This document shows, piece after piece, positions 10,942-20,504 of a DNA stretch of 64,000 nt (its first letter is position 1; each line of letters starts with the position of its first letter). Source of the stretch: Candidatus Spongiisociaceae bacterium (GTDB lineage Bacteria > Actinomycetota > Acidimicrobiia > Spongiisociales > Spongiisociaceae); assembly GCA_965219685.1 (NCBI GenBank), contig CBDCOH010000002.1:3104001-3168000 (forward strand). Direction: 5' to 3'. The position numbers and the translations under genes are program-made. The notes below the pieces were generated by a model that worked only from the letters and a program-made list of their open reading frames with translations, was not told the origin of the DNA and made no database searches.

Positions 10942-12198
10942 TCAGGTGTCGAGGTGACCGTAGGGCGGTTTCGCGGCACACAGGGCTGCGACCTCGGCTC
11001 GGATGGTGGCTGCTGTGGCTTTGTCTCCGCGGTTGCGTAGTGCTCGGGTGATAAGGTCGGCGACGACAGCCATGTCGTCGGTGTCCATGCCCTGGGTGGT
11101 CACCGCTGGTGTGCCGATGCGGACTCCTGATGTAACGAACGGCGACCGTGGATCGTCGGGCACTACGTTCTTGTTGAGGCTGATCCCCGCGGCGTCCAAG
11201 ACCCTTTGGGCTTCGTCACCCGTCAAGTCCGGATCGAAGGTGCGGAGATCCACCAGCAGCAGATGATTGTCGGTACCTCCCGAAACGAGACGGAATCCTT
11301 GTTCGGCCAGATCGGCGGCCAAGGCCTGGGCGTTGCCGACGACGCGAGCGGCGTAGTCCGAGAACTCGGAGGTCGAGGCCTCTGCTAGCCCGACAGCCTT
11401 CCCAGCGATCAAATGGTCAAGCGGGGCGCCCTGAATACCCGGAAACATGGCCTTGTCGACTGCCTTAGCGTACTCGGAGCGGCACAGAACGGCACCACCT
11501 CGGCCACCGCGCAAAGTCTTGTGGGTCGTCAACGTCACCACGTCAGCGAACGGTGTCGGGTTGGGGTGCACGCCACCGGCGACCAACCCAGCAATGTGAG
11601 CAGCGTCGAACATCAACAGAGCGTCGGCTTCGTCCGCGATCTCGCGCAGCGGTTCGGGCGGGATCTCGCGAGGGTAGGCAGTCGCACCAGCCACGATCAG
11701 TCTGGGCCGCTCGGTGAGGGCCAAACGGCGCAACTGGTCAAAGTCGATACGTTCGTCACTCGCGGCGACGCCGTAAGAGACGAACCGATACCACAAACCA
11801 GAGAAGTTGACCGGTGAACCGTGCGTCAGATGACCGCCATGGTCCAAGCTCATACCCAACACAGTGTCGCCGGGTTCCAGCAGAGCCTGGTAGGCGCACA
11901 TGTTGGCGATAGCACCAGAATGGGGCTGAACGTTGGCGTGATCGGAACCGAACAAAGCGCAGGCCCGCTGTCGGGCAAGCTCCTCGACCTCGTCGACGAT
12001 CGCGTTACCGGCGTAGTAGCGGCGACCCGGGTAGCCCTCGCTCATCTTGTTCGCCAGCACCGAACCCCCAGCCGCCAACACCGCAGGACTCGCGAAGTTC
12101 TCCGACGCGATCAACTGCACCGTCGTATTCTGACGGTCGACCTCGCGGCGGATCAGATCTGAGATAGCATCTCCAGCGGCAGGCCAAGGCATAGACAA
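10942..12198 (-). CDS. glyA: Serine hydroxymethyltransferase
   Basis: [23 protein letters not shown] and TTHKTLRG (PLP lysine) motifs. Confidence 0.97.
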   Translation of the reverse strand: MSMPWPAAGDAISDLIRREVDRQNTTVQLIASENFASPAVLAAGGSVLANKMSEGYPGRRYYAGNAIVDEVEELARQRACALFGSDHANVQPHSGAIANMCAYQALLEPGDTVLGMSLDHGGHLTHGSPVNFSGLWYRFVSYGVAASDERIDFDQLRRLALTERPRLIVAGATAYPREIPPEPLREIADEADALLMFDAAHIAGLVAGGVHPNPTPFADVVTLTTHKTLRGGRGGAVLCRSEYAKAVDKAMFPGIQGAPLDHLIAGKAVGLAEASTSEFSDYAARVVGNAQALAADLAEQGFRLVSGGTDNHLLLVDLRTFDPDLTGDEAQRVLDAAGISLNKNVVPDDPRSPFVTSGVRIGTPAVTTQGMDTDDMAVVADLITRALRNRGDKATAATIRAEVAALCAAKPPYGHLDT

Positions 12199-12229
12199 AC
12201 CTCCACTGTCACAAGCGACACAGACACCG

Positions 12230-12890
12230 TGAACCGAACGGCGTGGACTCTACCAAGCCAAACGACCTAGACCCGCCCGCGGCTGGACACACGCCCAAAG
12301 CCGCCAAGAAACTGGCCCTGGGGCGGTTCAGGTCACCGATGTCACCGAGCATCCAACCCGAGAAGGCAAGGGTCTACTGCGCGGTCGTCCTCGACGTGTT
12401 CAGCCGTCGAGTCGTCGGCTGGTCCATCGACCACTCCGCCACCTCGGGCCTGGTCACCTCCGCCCTGGGTATGGCTATCCAAAACCGCCAACCGGACGCT
12501 GAGACGGTGATCCACTCAGACCAAGGCACCCCCTACACCTCCTGGGCGTTCACGGACCGGGCGCAGCAGTCCGGGCTCATTCCCTCGATGGGATCAGTCG
12601 GGGACTGCTTTGACAACGCCTTGATGGAGTCGTTCTGTGCCCGGATGCAGGTCGAACTGTTGGACCGGCAGCGATGGCGCACCCGCATCGAGTTGGCCAA
12701 CGCCATCTTCGAATACCTCGAGATCTTCCACAACCGGCAACGACGCCACACCGCCCTGGGAATGCGAACCCCGATCGAATACGAGAGAATCCACCACGAC
12801 AACAACCTGACCATCGCACCGCTCATCCAAGTGAGCTGACTCCAAGAAACCCGGTCACCATCAAGTCTCCGGCAAACCCGGGGCGGTTCA
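12230..12890 (+). mobile_element. IS3-family remnant (OrfB integrase core) with right IR
   Basis: DVFSRRVVGW, HSDQG, DNALMESF; IR gtctccggcaaacccggggcggttca ends at 12890. Confidence 0.85.
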
Positions 12891-12894
12891 GTCG

Positions 12895-12992
12895 TTGCTT
12901 GAAATCCGATTATCGAGGACCCCTGTTCACTTTTGGCGGATTCCCCCTCACCCCGGCAGATCCCCCCACTCCTCACCTATTTCCGAAGAGCC
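12895..12992 (-). mobile_element. Orphan ISL3 left end
   Basis: Homologous to 42985-43081, ending ttccgaagagcc. Confidence 0.7.
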
Positions 12993-13013
12993 CCTAATGG
13001 ATCAGTGCTCCTA

Positions 13014-14967
13014 CCCGAATTTGGCGGGTGTTTTGCGTTTTGCCTGGTCAGAGGGGGTTTGGCGGTGGGGTGTTTCCACTACATGGGCGGTGTGGGGGGC
13101 CGGTGGTGGGGTTAGGGGGTTAGGTGATGGTGGGGTTGTCCCAGGTGCGGGTGTCTGCTCCGATGGCGGTGAGGATTCGGGTTTGCAGGGGGCTGCGCCG
13201 GCTGGTGACCTGGATTCGGCGGCGGTTGGCGGTGAGTTGGTGGCGGCGGATTCGGTTGAGGTCGCGCAGGGCTCGGGCGGCGGTGAGGTGCTGGTCGCCG
13301 AGGTCGGGATCGCGGATGTCGGCTGCTGCGAGGGCGTGGTTGATGAGGGTTTCGATTAGGGCGGCGTAGACGCAGACCGCGACGTGGCCGCGGACTCGTT
13401 GTTCGGTCCAGTGCCTGACGGGGCGGAGCCTCAGGAAGTCTTTGAGGACCCTGAAGCGGGTCTCGACTGCTTGCAGTTGGCGGTAGTGGTCCACGACTTG
13501 GGCGGTGGGGGCCTGGGCGGGTGTGAGGCTTGTGGCTAGCACGTAGCGACCGGCGAGGAGTTCTTCGTATGTGTGGGTGTCTTCGTTGTAGTGGTAGAGA
13601 AACCGTCCAGCTCCGATCTCGATGTCGAAGAGCCGTCCGGCGCCGCCGGAGGCGAGGATACGCTGCGCGGCCGCCCCGATTTTGGCGGGGTCCTTCAGCT
13701 TGCCGGCGCGGACGCGCAGCTCCAGCGCCCGCAGTTTTGCCTCCGCCGCGGCGATGATGTGGGCTGTGCGGGCGGCGTCTCGGCGGGCGCGGCCGTCGGA
13801 CTCGACCACAACCGCCCGGGTGCCGTCCTCGAGGCTGATATCAGCGGCGCGGCAACGGTACTGGTCTATGTCGACCCAGACGGTGTCGTCGTCGATGGCC
13901 GCAAGGGCTTGGTTGCTGATACGGTCACGACGCAGTTTCGTGGCCAATATGTGGTCGAACCCGGCTTCGGCGACCACTTCGATGTTGGCTGCCGACATCA
14001 GGCCCCTGTCAGCGACCACACAGATACGGCCCACCGCGAACCTCTCGGCCAGGTCGCTCAACACTGCCGCCAGGGTGATGACATCGGCGGTGTTGCCCGA
14101 GAACACCCGATGAGCGATCGGGATCCCGTCGGAGGTGCACAGCAGGCCGATCACTATCTGGGGCCGATCAGCACGATGGTCCCGCGAGTAACCGAACGCC
14201 CGGGATGGGAAACGCCCAGACGGGCGGGTCGAACCCTCGAAATATGTGGAAGTGAGGTCGTAGCAAACCAGCCGCAGGTCCAGGTTCGTCAGGTCGCACA
14301 ACCGCGAATACAGATGTGTCTCCGTGTCGTCCTTGGAAGCGGCGACCGCGTCCAGGGCCCGGTAGTACTGATCAATCGACGGAGCCGACCAGCCCTCGGG
14401 CATGACCACATCCGCCCCGGCCCACTCAACCAGTTGCCGCTTCGAGCACGGTGCCACCAACCGGTTGGCCACCATCGCGAATACCGCATGCTCCAAGGCC
14501 TTCGCGCCCCGTCTAGCGCCGACCTGAGCGAACCACTCGTCGAGGCCGAGCCGCTGCCACACCGCCCACACCGCCGCTACCGCCCCCACCCCAGGCGCCC
14601 CCTCAGCTTCCAACGCCCCCACATCGACACGTTCGCGGCGTAGATGACGCTCCAGCGCGGCCACGATCCGTTCCAGCTGGCCGGACTCCCGCAAAGCGGT
14701 CACCTCCCCCAGCCGCAAAAGAGTCCGGTGACCGACCTTCGACCCTTGGCGGAAAGACTCCACCAAAGACAAATACTCGTAAACCTTGTCGCCCCTGCGA
14801 CGGCGGGTCGTCTTTACGAACATGGCCAGAACAATACCACTAACAGCCCATCTAATCAACGATATGTCGCCCCTACATTCTCGCACCGGAACGGTGTTCT
14901 ACACCACAAAACCCCAGGTCAGCGAACCAACCACCCCCACAAAGCCCCCCAACCCGCCAAACTCGGG
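13014..14967 (-). mobile_element. IS1634-family element copy 1 (1954 bp), TSD TCCTA
   Basis: IRs cccgaatttggcggg / cccgccaaactcggg; tccta at 13009-13013 and 14968-14972. Confidence 0.93.
13120..14823 (-). CDS. IS1634-family DDE transposase
   Basis: YDLTSTYFEG, GYSRDHR, VADRGL, VETRFRVLK; start at MFVKTT. Confidence 0.93.
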   Translation of the reverse strand: MFVKTTRRRRGDKVYEYLSLVESFRQGSKVGHRTLLRLGEVTALRESGQLERIVAALERHLRRERVDVGALEAEGAPGVGAVAAVWAVWQRLGLDEWFAQVGARRGAKALEHAVFAMVANRLVAPCSKRQLVEWAGADVVMPEGWSAPSIDQYYRALDAVAASKDDTETHLYSRLCDLTNLDLRLVCYDLTSTYFEGSTRPSGRFPSRAFGYSRDHRADRPQIVIGLLCTSDGIPIAHRVFSGNTADVITLAAVLSDLAERFAVGRICVVADRGLMSAANIEVVAEAGFDHILATKLRRDRISNQALAAIDDDTVWVDIDQYRCRAADISLEDGTRAVVVESDGRARRDAARTAHIIAAAEAKLRALELRVRAGKLKDPAKIGAAAQRILASGGAGRLFDIEIGAGRFLYHYNEDTHTYEELLAGRYVLATSLTPAQAPTAQVVDHYRQLQAVETRFRVLKDFLRLRPVRHWTEQRVRGHVAVCVYAALIETLINHALAAADIRDPDLGDQHLTAARALRDLNRIRRHQLTANRRRIQVTSRRSPLQTRILTAIGADTRTWDNPTIT

Positions 14968-15156
14968 TCCTATGGCACGCCACCCCGTGAGGGCTACAAG
15001 GGGTCTCACCAACCGGCCGGGGTACGATCTATGTTCAGGAGTCGGGTTCCAGGAGCATCCAACTCACCGGCCAGCCAGCTGGACCACCATACCCTCCCAG
15101 AAACACCATAAGAAGTGGTGGACCCCCTTAGGAGCATCCGGGCGGTTCAGTTGTAG

Positions 15157-18100
15157 TTAAGTAATGGTGATCGGGCTAGAGGCTGGTGAGCAACCGGCTT
15201 TGTTACAGGCTCGAACCGTATAGGTCGTAGGGGAAAACCCGAAGAGAGAAGAATTCGGTTTCCCGTCATAGTAGTTGGTCAGAGGAGCGAACACCTTCTT
15301 GTCGAGCCTATCCCCTTGGAACACCTCATAGAACGTTGCACCGGGAACCGGATCCCACCGGATACGTGCATCATCAAAAGCAAGCCTAATGTCAACCCGT
15401 TCACCATCCAATCCGGTGAGTCTAGCGGGGATCTGGACGGTGCCTGCGGCCTCTGTGATCCCGCCAACGCTACTCGAGTACCCTGAGCACACATCGTCAC
15501 GGCAGGCTCGTACGACATAGTAGTAGAGAGTATCCGCGCTCCGATTCGTGTCCTCATAGGTACCTTTGGAAGCACTGGATTCAACTATCCTATATCCGGT
15601 ACGTTCGGTCTTGCTTCTGCTTATTTCAAAGACGACTCCCGAAGCACTGCCTATCGAGTTCGGCGATATTAGGAGTGTCACGGAGTCGGAGGACACAGCG
15701 TCGACACCGACCGAAGGTATACCGACAAAGGAAGGAGACCCCTCAGCGCTAGGTACTCGCACAGGGTTGTGCGAGTCCACAGATGCACACTCGGAACTGT
15801 CGCAGGCCACCAACCAGTAGTAGTTGTTTCTCCTAGGGTTGGGGTTGGTGTGGGTGTAGGTCGTGGCCGCGACGTTGGTGGCCAACTCGTCGCAGAACCT
15901 GGCGGATCCACTCGATACCTTACAGCGCGAGTCGAAGAAGTCGTCATAGTAGATGTTGTAGTAGTCGGCACCCGTCACCGTATCCCAGGTCAGCACAATA
16001 CTGGAGCCTTCCCACTCGGCAAGGCCTGACGCCGTCACAGATGGGGTTCCGGTGGTGGTTGGTGGGGTTTCAGGTGTGGTTGGTGGGGTTCCGGTGGCGG
16101 TTGCGGGTTTGCTGCTATCCACAGGTGAGCAGCCGGAGCTGTTGCAGGCGGTAACCCAGTAGTAGTTCCTGTCAGGATCCGGGTTGGTGTGGGTGTAGGT
16201 CGTGGCCGCGACGTTGGTGGCCAACTCGTCGCAGAACCTGGCGGATCCCCTCGATACCTTACAGAGCGAGTCGAAGAAGTCGTCATAGTAGATGTTGTAG
16301 TAGTCGGCGCCTGTCACCGTATCCCAGGTGAGCACGATCTCGGGGCCGCTCCATTCGTATTGGGCGGTAGGTGTGGTGATCGTCGCCGGGCTCGTGAGGC
16401 TCGGCGGACGGTTGGCCTGGTCTGCGGTGGACGGGGATAGTGCGGTTGCGATCCACTCGTCTACCAGGTCGCGGTTGGCGGCGATCCACTCGACGGCCAC
16501 GTCGGTTGGGCTTCTGCCCTCGCTCACGGCAACGTGAGCTTCCGACACGTCGATCACAGTCAGCTTGACCTCCTCGAACAGTGCCCTGGCTGCGGGGTTG
16601 GTGGCCAGAAAGTCGTTGTTGGCGGTGACCAGGATGTCGGTAGCCACCCAACCGATCTTGCACTGGCCGCTCGGCTGGTCGGCGGCCGACGGACACTGAT
16701 CGGCGCTGAGGCGCGCGAAACCGCCGGAGCCGTCCGCCATACGCTGGCTGTGAGCCTCGCCGTTCGGCTGGTCGGCCGGGTTGGAATCGTCGAGGATGTT
16801 CTCCACGCCCATCCAGTACACGTTGTCTCCGGGACGAAGCTGCGTGATGTACGCCGACGGCGTCCACGTGTAGACCACCATGGGGATGCCCTCATTGGCG
16901 CTGTCGGCTGCTTGAGCGAACATCGCGTCGTAGCCGGCCTTGGTCTGCGCGATGTTGTCCCAGCCGCTGAAAGCGATCATGTTCTCGATGATGTCGTCGC
17001 AGATCCAGCTCTCGGGACAGCCGTAGATGTCGGCCACGCCGTTGCCGGGAATCGGGTCGGTGGCGTCGAACGCGGCCAGCGCTTCCGCATGGCGGTTGAG
17101 TTCATCCATCGTGTACACGTCGTACTCGTCCGCAAACGACTTGCTGACGAGGAAGCCCTGCAGACCGCCCGCCAGCAGCATCTTGCCTACGATGCTGATG
17201 TGGTCGCCCACCAGCGAGCCGTCGGGCAGCTCAGCCCGGTGCCACGACAGGTGGCCCGGGTACCAGCCGTTAGGCCAGAAGTCCATCTCGCCCCGAGCCA
17301 TCGCGATGTAGGCGAGGGAGGGATCGAGTTCGAGGTCGGCGGGATCGGACACGGTGTAGCCCAGTTCCTCCAGCAGCAGCTTGTACACCTCCGCCTGGAA
17401 GTAGCCTTGGGGCCAGTTGGCCCGGCCAGCCACGATGTCCACGCCTTCGCCGGGAAGAGCGGCCGCGGTGAGGGCTCGGTTTACGAAGGTTGTCATCTCC
17501 GCTCGGGTGGTGTTGTGCCCCGGGCAGTAACTCAGGGGAGTGGTCTTGCATCCTACGGTGACGCCGGAAGCGGCCAGGGCGTTGATGTCGGCGGCATGCA
17601 CATTGCCGCGTTCGACGTCTGCGAACCCGGCCGGCGGTGCCGCGGGCAGATCGAACGCGCGGACCAGGAACGAGGCCATCTGAGCACGGGTTACCGTCCC
17701 GGTGGGGCAGAACCTCGCCGGCTCGGTGGCGCAACCCTCGGTCACACCCAAATCAGCCAGGCGTTCCACATATGGCGCCCACCACTCCGACGGGTCCACA
17801 TCCACGAACCGTGACGACCCCACCACCGCCGGGTCGGCCCCGTCGAGGACACGGACCAGCCACACAGCCATAACCCAGCGTTCCACCGCGTCGTCGGGGC
17901 AGAACTCTCCCGGGGCGCACTCGGTGCCCGCGAACACACCATCAGCCGCAAGCGTGGTGATCGCCGCTTCATGGATAGACCCCCCCACATCCGAGAAGGC
18001 CCCCGAAGCGTCCACACCCGAACGCGCCGGCGCCGTCGTGGAACTGGTAGTGGCCGATCCCGACCCTCCGACTTCCTCGATCAGCCATCCTCCACCGGGC

Positions 18101-18483
18101 TGTCTAGAAGCCACAAAGGTGTACTCCACGCCGTTGATCGACGTCGCACGAAGCTCTAGTCGCTGCCCCGACGTAAAAAACAACAGGCTGCCAGAACCCG
18201 AGTCGTCAACCCGGAACTCCACGTCGGTACCCGGATACGTACACGACCCACCTGCCTCCACCACCAACCCCACATAACACTCTTCGCTCCCCTGCGCGGA
18301 TACCCCGGCTGCTACCACAGCAGAAGCCAGCACCGCCAACACAACTGCAACAGACCTCAGCAGTTCCCGGCCTCCTCGCGGGCGTGACCGTCGAATCGGC
18401 CCCGGCACCCGCCGATGACTCCTGCGAGGCTGCCAGTAACCCAGCTCCACCCAGCCCCGAACCCTCCGTGTTTCTCTAGCCAC
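15157..18483 (-). CDS. SLH-anchored protein with glycine-betaine/ProX-type substrate-binding domain and FN3 repeats
   Basis: Signal peptide, 3 SLH motifs, GRANW..GYFQAEV..LLEELGY, YGCPESW, YTWTP, then Cys-containing FN3 repeats. Confidence 0.85.
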   Translation of the reverse strand: MARETRRVRGWVELGYWQPRRSHRRVPGPIRRSRPRGGRELLRSVAVVLAVLASAVVAAGVSAQGSEECYVGLVVEAGGSCTYPGTDVEFRVDDSGSGSLLFFTSGQRLELRATSINGVEYTFVASRQPGGGWLIEEVGGSGSATTSSTTAPARSGVDASGAFSDVGGSIHEAAITTLAADGVFAGTECAPGEFCPDDAVERWVMAVWLVRVLDGADPAVVGSSRFVDVDPSEWWAPYVERLADLGVTEGCATEPARFCPTGTVTRAQMASFLVRAFDLPAAPPAGFADVERGNVHAADINALAASGVTVGCKTTPLSYCPGHNTTRAEMTTFVNRALTAAALPGEGVDIVAGRANWPQGYFQAEVYKLLLEELGYTVSDPADLELDPSLAYIAMARGEMDFWPNGWYPGHLSWHRAELPDGSLVGDHISIVGKMLLAGGLQGFLVSKSFADEYDVYTMDELNRHAEALAAFDATDPIPGNGVADIYGCPESWICDDIIENMIAFSGWDNIAQTKAGYDAMFAQAADSANEGIPMVVYTWTPSAYITQLRPGDNVYWMGVENILDDSNPADQPNGEAHSQRMADGSGGFARLSADQCPSAADQPSGQCKIGWVATDILVTANNDFLATNPAARALFEEVKLTVIDVSEAHVAVSEGRSPTDVAVEWIAANRDLVDEWIATALSPSTADQANRPPSLTSPATITTPTAQYEWSGPEIVLTWDTVTGADYYNIYYDDFFDSLCKVSRGSARFCDELATNVAATTYTHTNPDPDRNYYWVTACNSSGCSPVDSSKPATATGTPPTTPETPPTTTGTPSVTASGLAEWEGSSIVLTWDTVTGADYYNIYYDDFFDSRCKVSSGSARFCDELATNVAATTYTHTNPNPRRNNYYWLVACDSSECASVDSHNPVRVPSAEGSPSFVGIPSVGVDAVSSDSVTLLISPNSIGSASGVVFEISRSKTERTGYRIVESSASKGTYEDTNRSADTLYYYVVRACRDDVCSGYSSSVGGITEAAGTVQIPARLTGLDGERVDIRLAFDDARIRWDPVPGATFYEVFQGDRLDKKVFAPLTNYYDGKPNSSLFGFSPTTYTVRACNKAGCSPASSPITIT
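15814..16335. repeat. Intragenic near-identical ~180-bp direct repeat (15814-15995 and 16156-16335) encoding FN3-like modules
   Basis: LTWDTVTGADYYNIYYDDFFDS..C...FCDELATNVAATTYTHTNP occurs twice. Confidence 0.9.
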
Positions 18484-18585
18484 AAGAACCCCGTTTCTTC
18501 TCGGAACCCGCCCCGGCCTTAGCCATCAGTGTTCGCTCGAGGCCTACCCGCCGACGCTGAACAGATCCAAGAGTGTTAGCCGGGT

Positions 18586-20340
18586 TCAGCATTGGACGGG
18601 TGGCACGTTCTCGGGTGGTGCGGGCAGCCGTATCGTGATGCCCTCGATGTCTGTTCCCTCGACGGTGACCATTAGGGCTTCCTGGTGGTTGGTGGTGATG
18701 CCCTCACCGTCGTAATAGCCGGCACAGGCACCGCCAGACGCGGCGTACACGTCCAAGCGGTACGGGCCGTCGGCTACGCGTATGACAAAGGTGCCACCGG
18801 ACCCGGATACACCCCAGCGGCTGTTGTCGGTGTTGTGGATCTGCCACGCCCACAGTCCCACCCCCTCTACAGGTCGACCGTCGGGGTCGACGATCACCCC
18901 CCGGATCGCCGACGGTATACCGACCAGCGGCGGGAGCGGCGCTGGGAGCCGCGTGATGAACGGCGAACCGCGCAGGATGGCCTTCTCGTCGTCACGCAGA
19001 TAAGTGTCCGGATACGCCGTATAGCCGTTCGCCATTAGCGCCGGGTAGTCGCAGGACGGCAGCCCCTCGTCGCATCCCGGCGGGTGATCAGTCACACCCA
19101 GCGCGTGGGTGAGTTCATGTGCCAGCCCACCGATCCAGCGCCCTAGATGGTTGCCGTACGGGCCCTCTCCACAGAAATAGTACTCCCCCCCAGGGTCGGT
19201 CACGCCTTCTACGTCGTCGCGGGACAGTATGGTGAGACCCCAGCCTCCCCTCCCGAGTTCATGACCGGCCTCACCCAGGCGGTGGTACTCGTCGCAGGCT
19301 TCTTCCACATCGGGGTAGATGACCCAGGTAGTGGTCGACCCCGGAGCTTCGTGGGTGCGACCAGGCCAATGCCCGACGGGAGCGCAGTCCTGCACCCCTT
19401 CCACCACCTTCTCCCAGGCGTCGCCCGATGCGTAGAAGCCCTCCGACCGGCTCAGGCGGCAGTCCTCCACTATGGGATCATGCAACGAGAACGTCATCCC
19501 GCCGAGTTCCTGGTGATACCAGGACTGGACATGCTCGACCGCTCGGCGGATCGCGTCGCGGCTGTCGGAGTCGACTTCGCGGTCTGCGGGCACCGCGTAC
19601 AGCACCCGCACCACATGCTCCGGTCGGGGATCGACTGCTAGAGCCCGGGTCAGGAACGTGGCCATTTCCGCCCGGCTGGTGTCCCGGTCCGGGCAGTAAC
19701 GACGAGGGCTGGTTGCGCAGCCCGCAGTTACCCCAGCCGCGGCCAACGCATCGATGTCGGGCTCGTGGACCCCCCCAGTATCGGTAAACCGACCCGACCG
19801 GCCGCCCGGCAGCCCGAACGCGCGGACCAGGAACGACGCCATCTGAGCACGGGTAACCGTCTCGCCCGGACAGAAACGCGCCGGACCGGTGGCGCAGCCT
19901 GCGGTCACACCCAAATCGGCGAGGCGTTCCACATACGGCGCCCACCACTCCGACGCGTCCACATCCGCGAACCGTGACGAACCCACTGCCGCCGGGTCGG
20001 CACCGTCGAGGATACGCACCAGCCACACAGCCATCACCCAACGCTCCACCGCATCCGTGGGACAGAACTCCCCCGGAGCGCATTCGGTCCCCTCAAACAC
20101 ACCCATAGCCGCCAGCGAATCGACAGCCTCGGAATGAACCCCGCCCTCCGGCATGTCCGAGAACCCACCAGCCGCGACCACAGCCAATGACCCTCCACCC
20201 GACTCATCCCCAACCGGGGTGGCCACAGCCGCCGACGGAAACAGAACCACCAGAACCACCACAGCTACAACACGCTGATGAAACAACGACCAAGCAGACT
20301 TCACGACTCCGTCCCCGTAGTCGCACCCATTGATAGCCAT
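18586..20340 (-). CDS. SLH-anchored zinc metallopeptidase with C-terminal carboxypeptidase-regulatory-like domain
   Basis: Signal peptide, SLH x3, HELTHALG (HExxH), Met-turn-like LM. Confidence 0.8.
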   Translation of the reverse strand: MAINGCDYGDGVVKSAWSLFHQRVVAVVVLVVLFPSAAVATPVGDESGGGSLAVVAAGGFSDMPEGGVHSEAVDSLAAMGVFEGTECAPGEFCPTDAVERWVMAVWLVRILDGADPAAVGSSRFADVDASEWWAPYVERLADLGVTAGCATGPARFCPGETVTRAQMASFLVRAFGLPGGRSGRFTDTGGVHEPDIDALAAAGVTAGCATSPRRYCPDRDTSRAEMATFLTRALAVDPRPEHVVRVLYAVPADREVDSDSRDAIRRAVEHVQSWYHQELGGMTFSLHDPIVEDCRLSRSEGFYASGDAWEKVVEGVQDCAPVGHWPGRTHEAPGSTTTWVIYPDVEEACDEYHRLGEAGHELGRGGWGLTILSRDDVEGVTDPGGEYYFCGEGPYGNHLGRWIGGLAHELTHALGVTDHPPGCDEGLPSCDYPALMANGYTAYPDTYLRDDEKAILRGSPFITRLPAPLPPLVGIPSAIRGVIVDPDGRPVEGVGLWAWQIHNTDNSRWGVSGSGGTFVIRVADGPYRLDVYAASGGACAGYYDGEGITTNHQEALMVTVEGTDIEGITIRLPAPPENVPPVQC

Positions 20341-20348
20341 GTTTGGGT

Positions 20349-20404
20349 AGACTACTGGGGTGTGGTCAGTCGCTGACCACCTTGTTGTGTGTAACAGTGT
20401 CGGA
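20349..20404. promoter_or_regulatory. Divergent control region: -10 TAGTCT (20349-20354, minus strand), perfect palindrome GTGGTCAG-N3-CTGACCAC (20362-20380), box gtgtgtaacagtgtc (20387-20401)
   Basis: Motifs read directly; function inferred. Confidence 0.6.
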
Positions 20405-20504
20405 CCAGGCTCAATGTCCGTGTATGGTATGTGATTCGGAGGGCGGGTGTCTGGCCGGGCTTGGTAAACGGCGGCGACCGGTCTGAAAGCGAGACGTTTG
20501 GGAC

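Larger units (their letters stand above)
12993..15131 (-). ncRNA. Orphan IS110-D-type left end / bridge RNA (12993-13013 plus 14973-15131), interrupted by IS1634
   Basis: Diverged copy of 30173-30353; keeps guides ctatgtt (15029-15035) and aggagcatcc (15051-15060). Confidence 0.75.

Noticed and set aside
15814-16335. Repeat pair as DGR template/variable repeats
   Set aside because: No reverse transcriptase in the window; both copies are in-frame domains; differences are not adenine-specific
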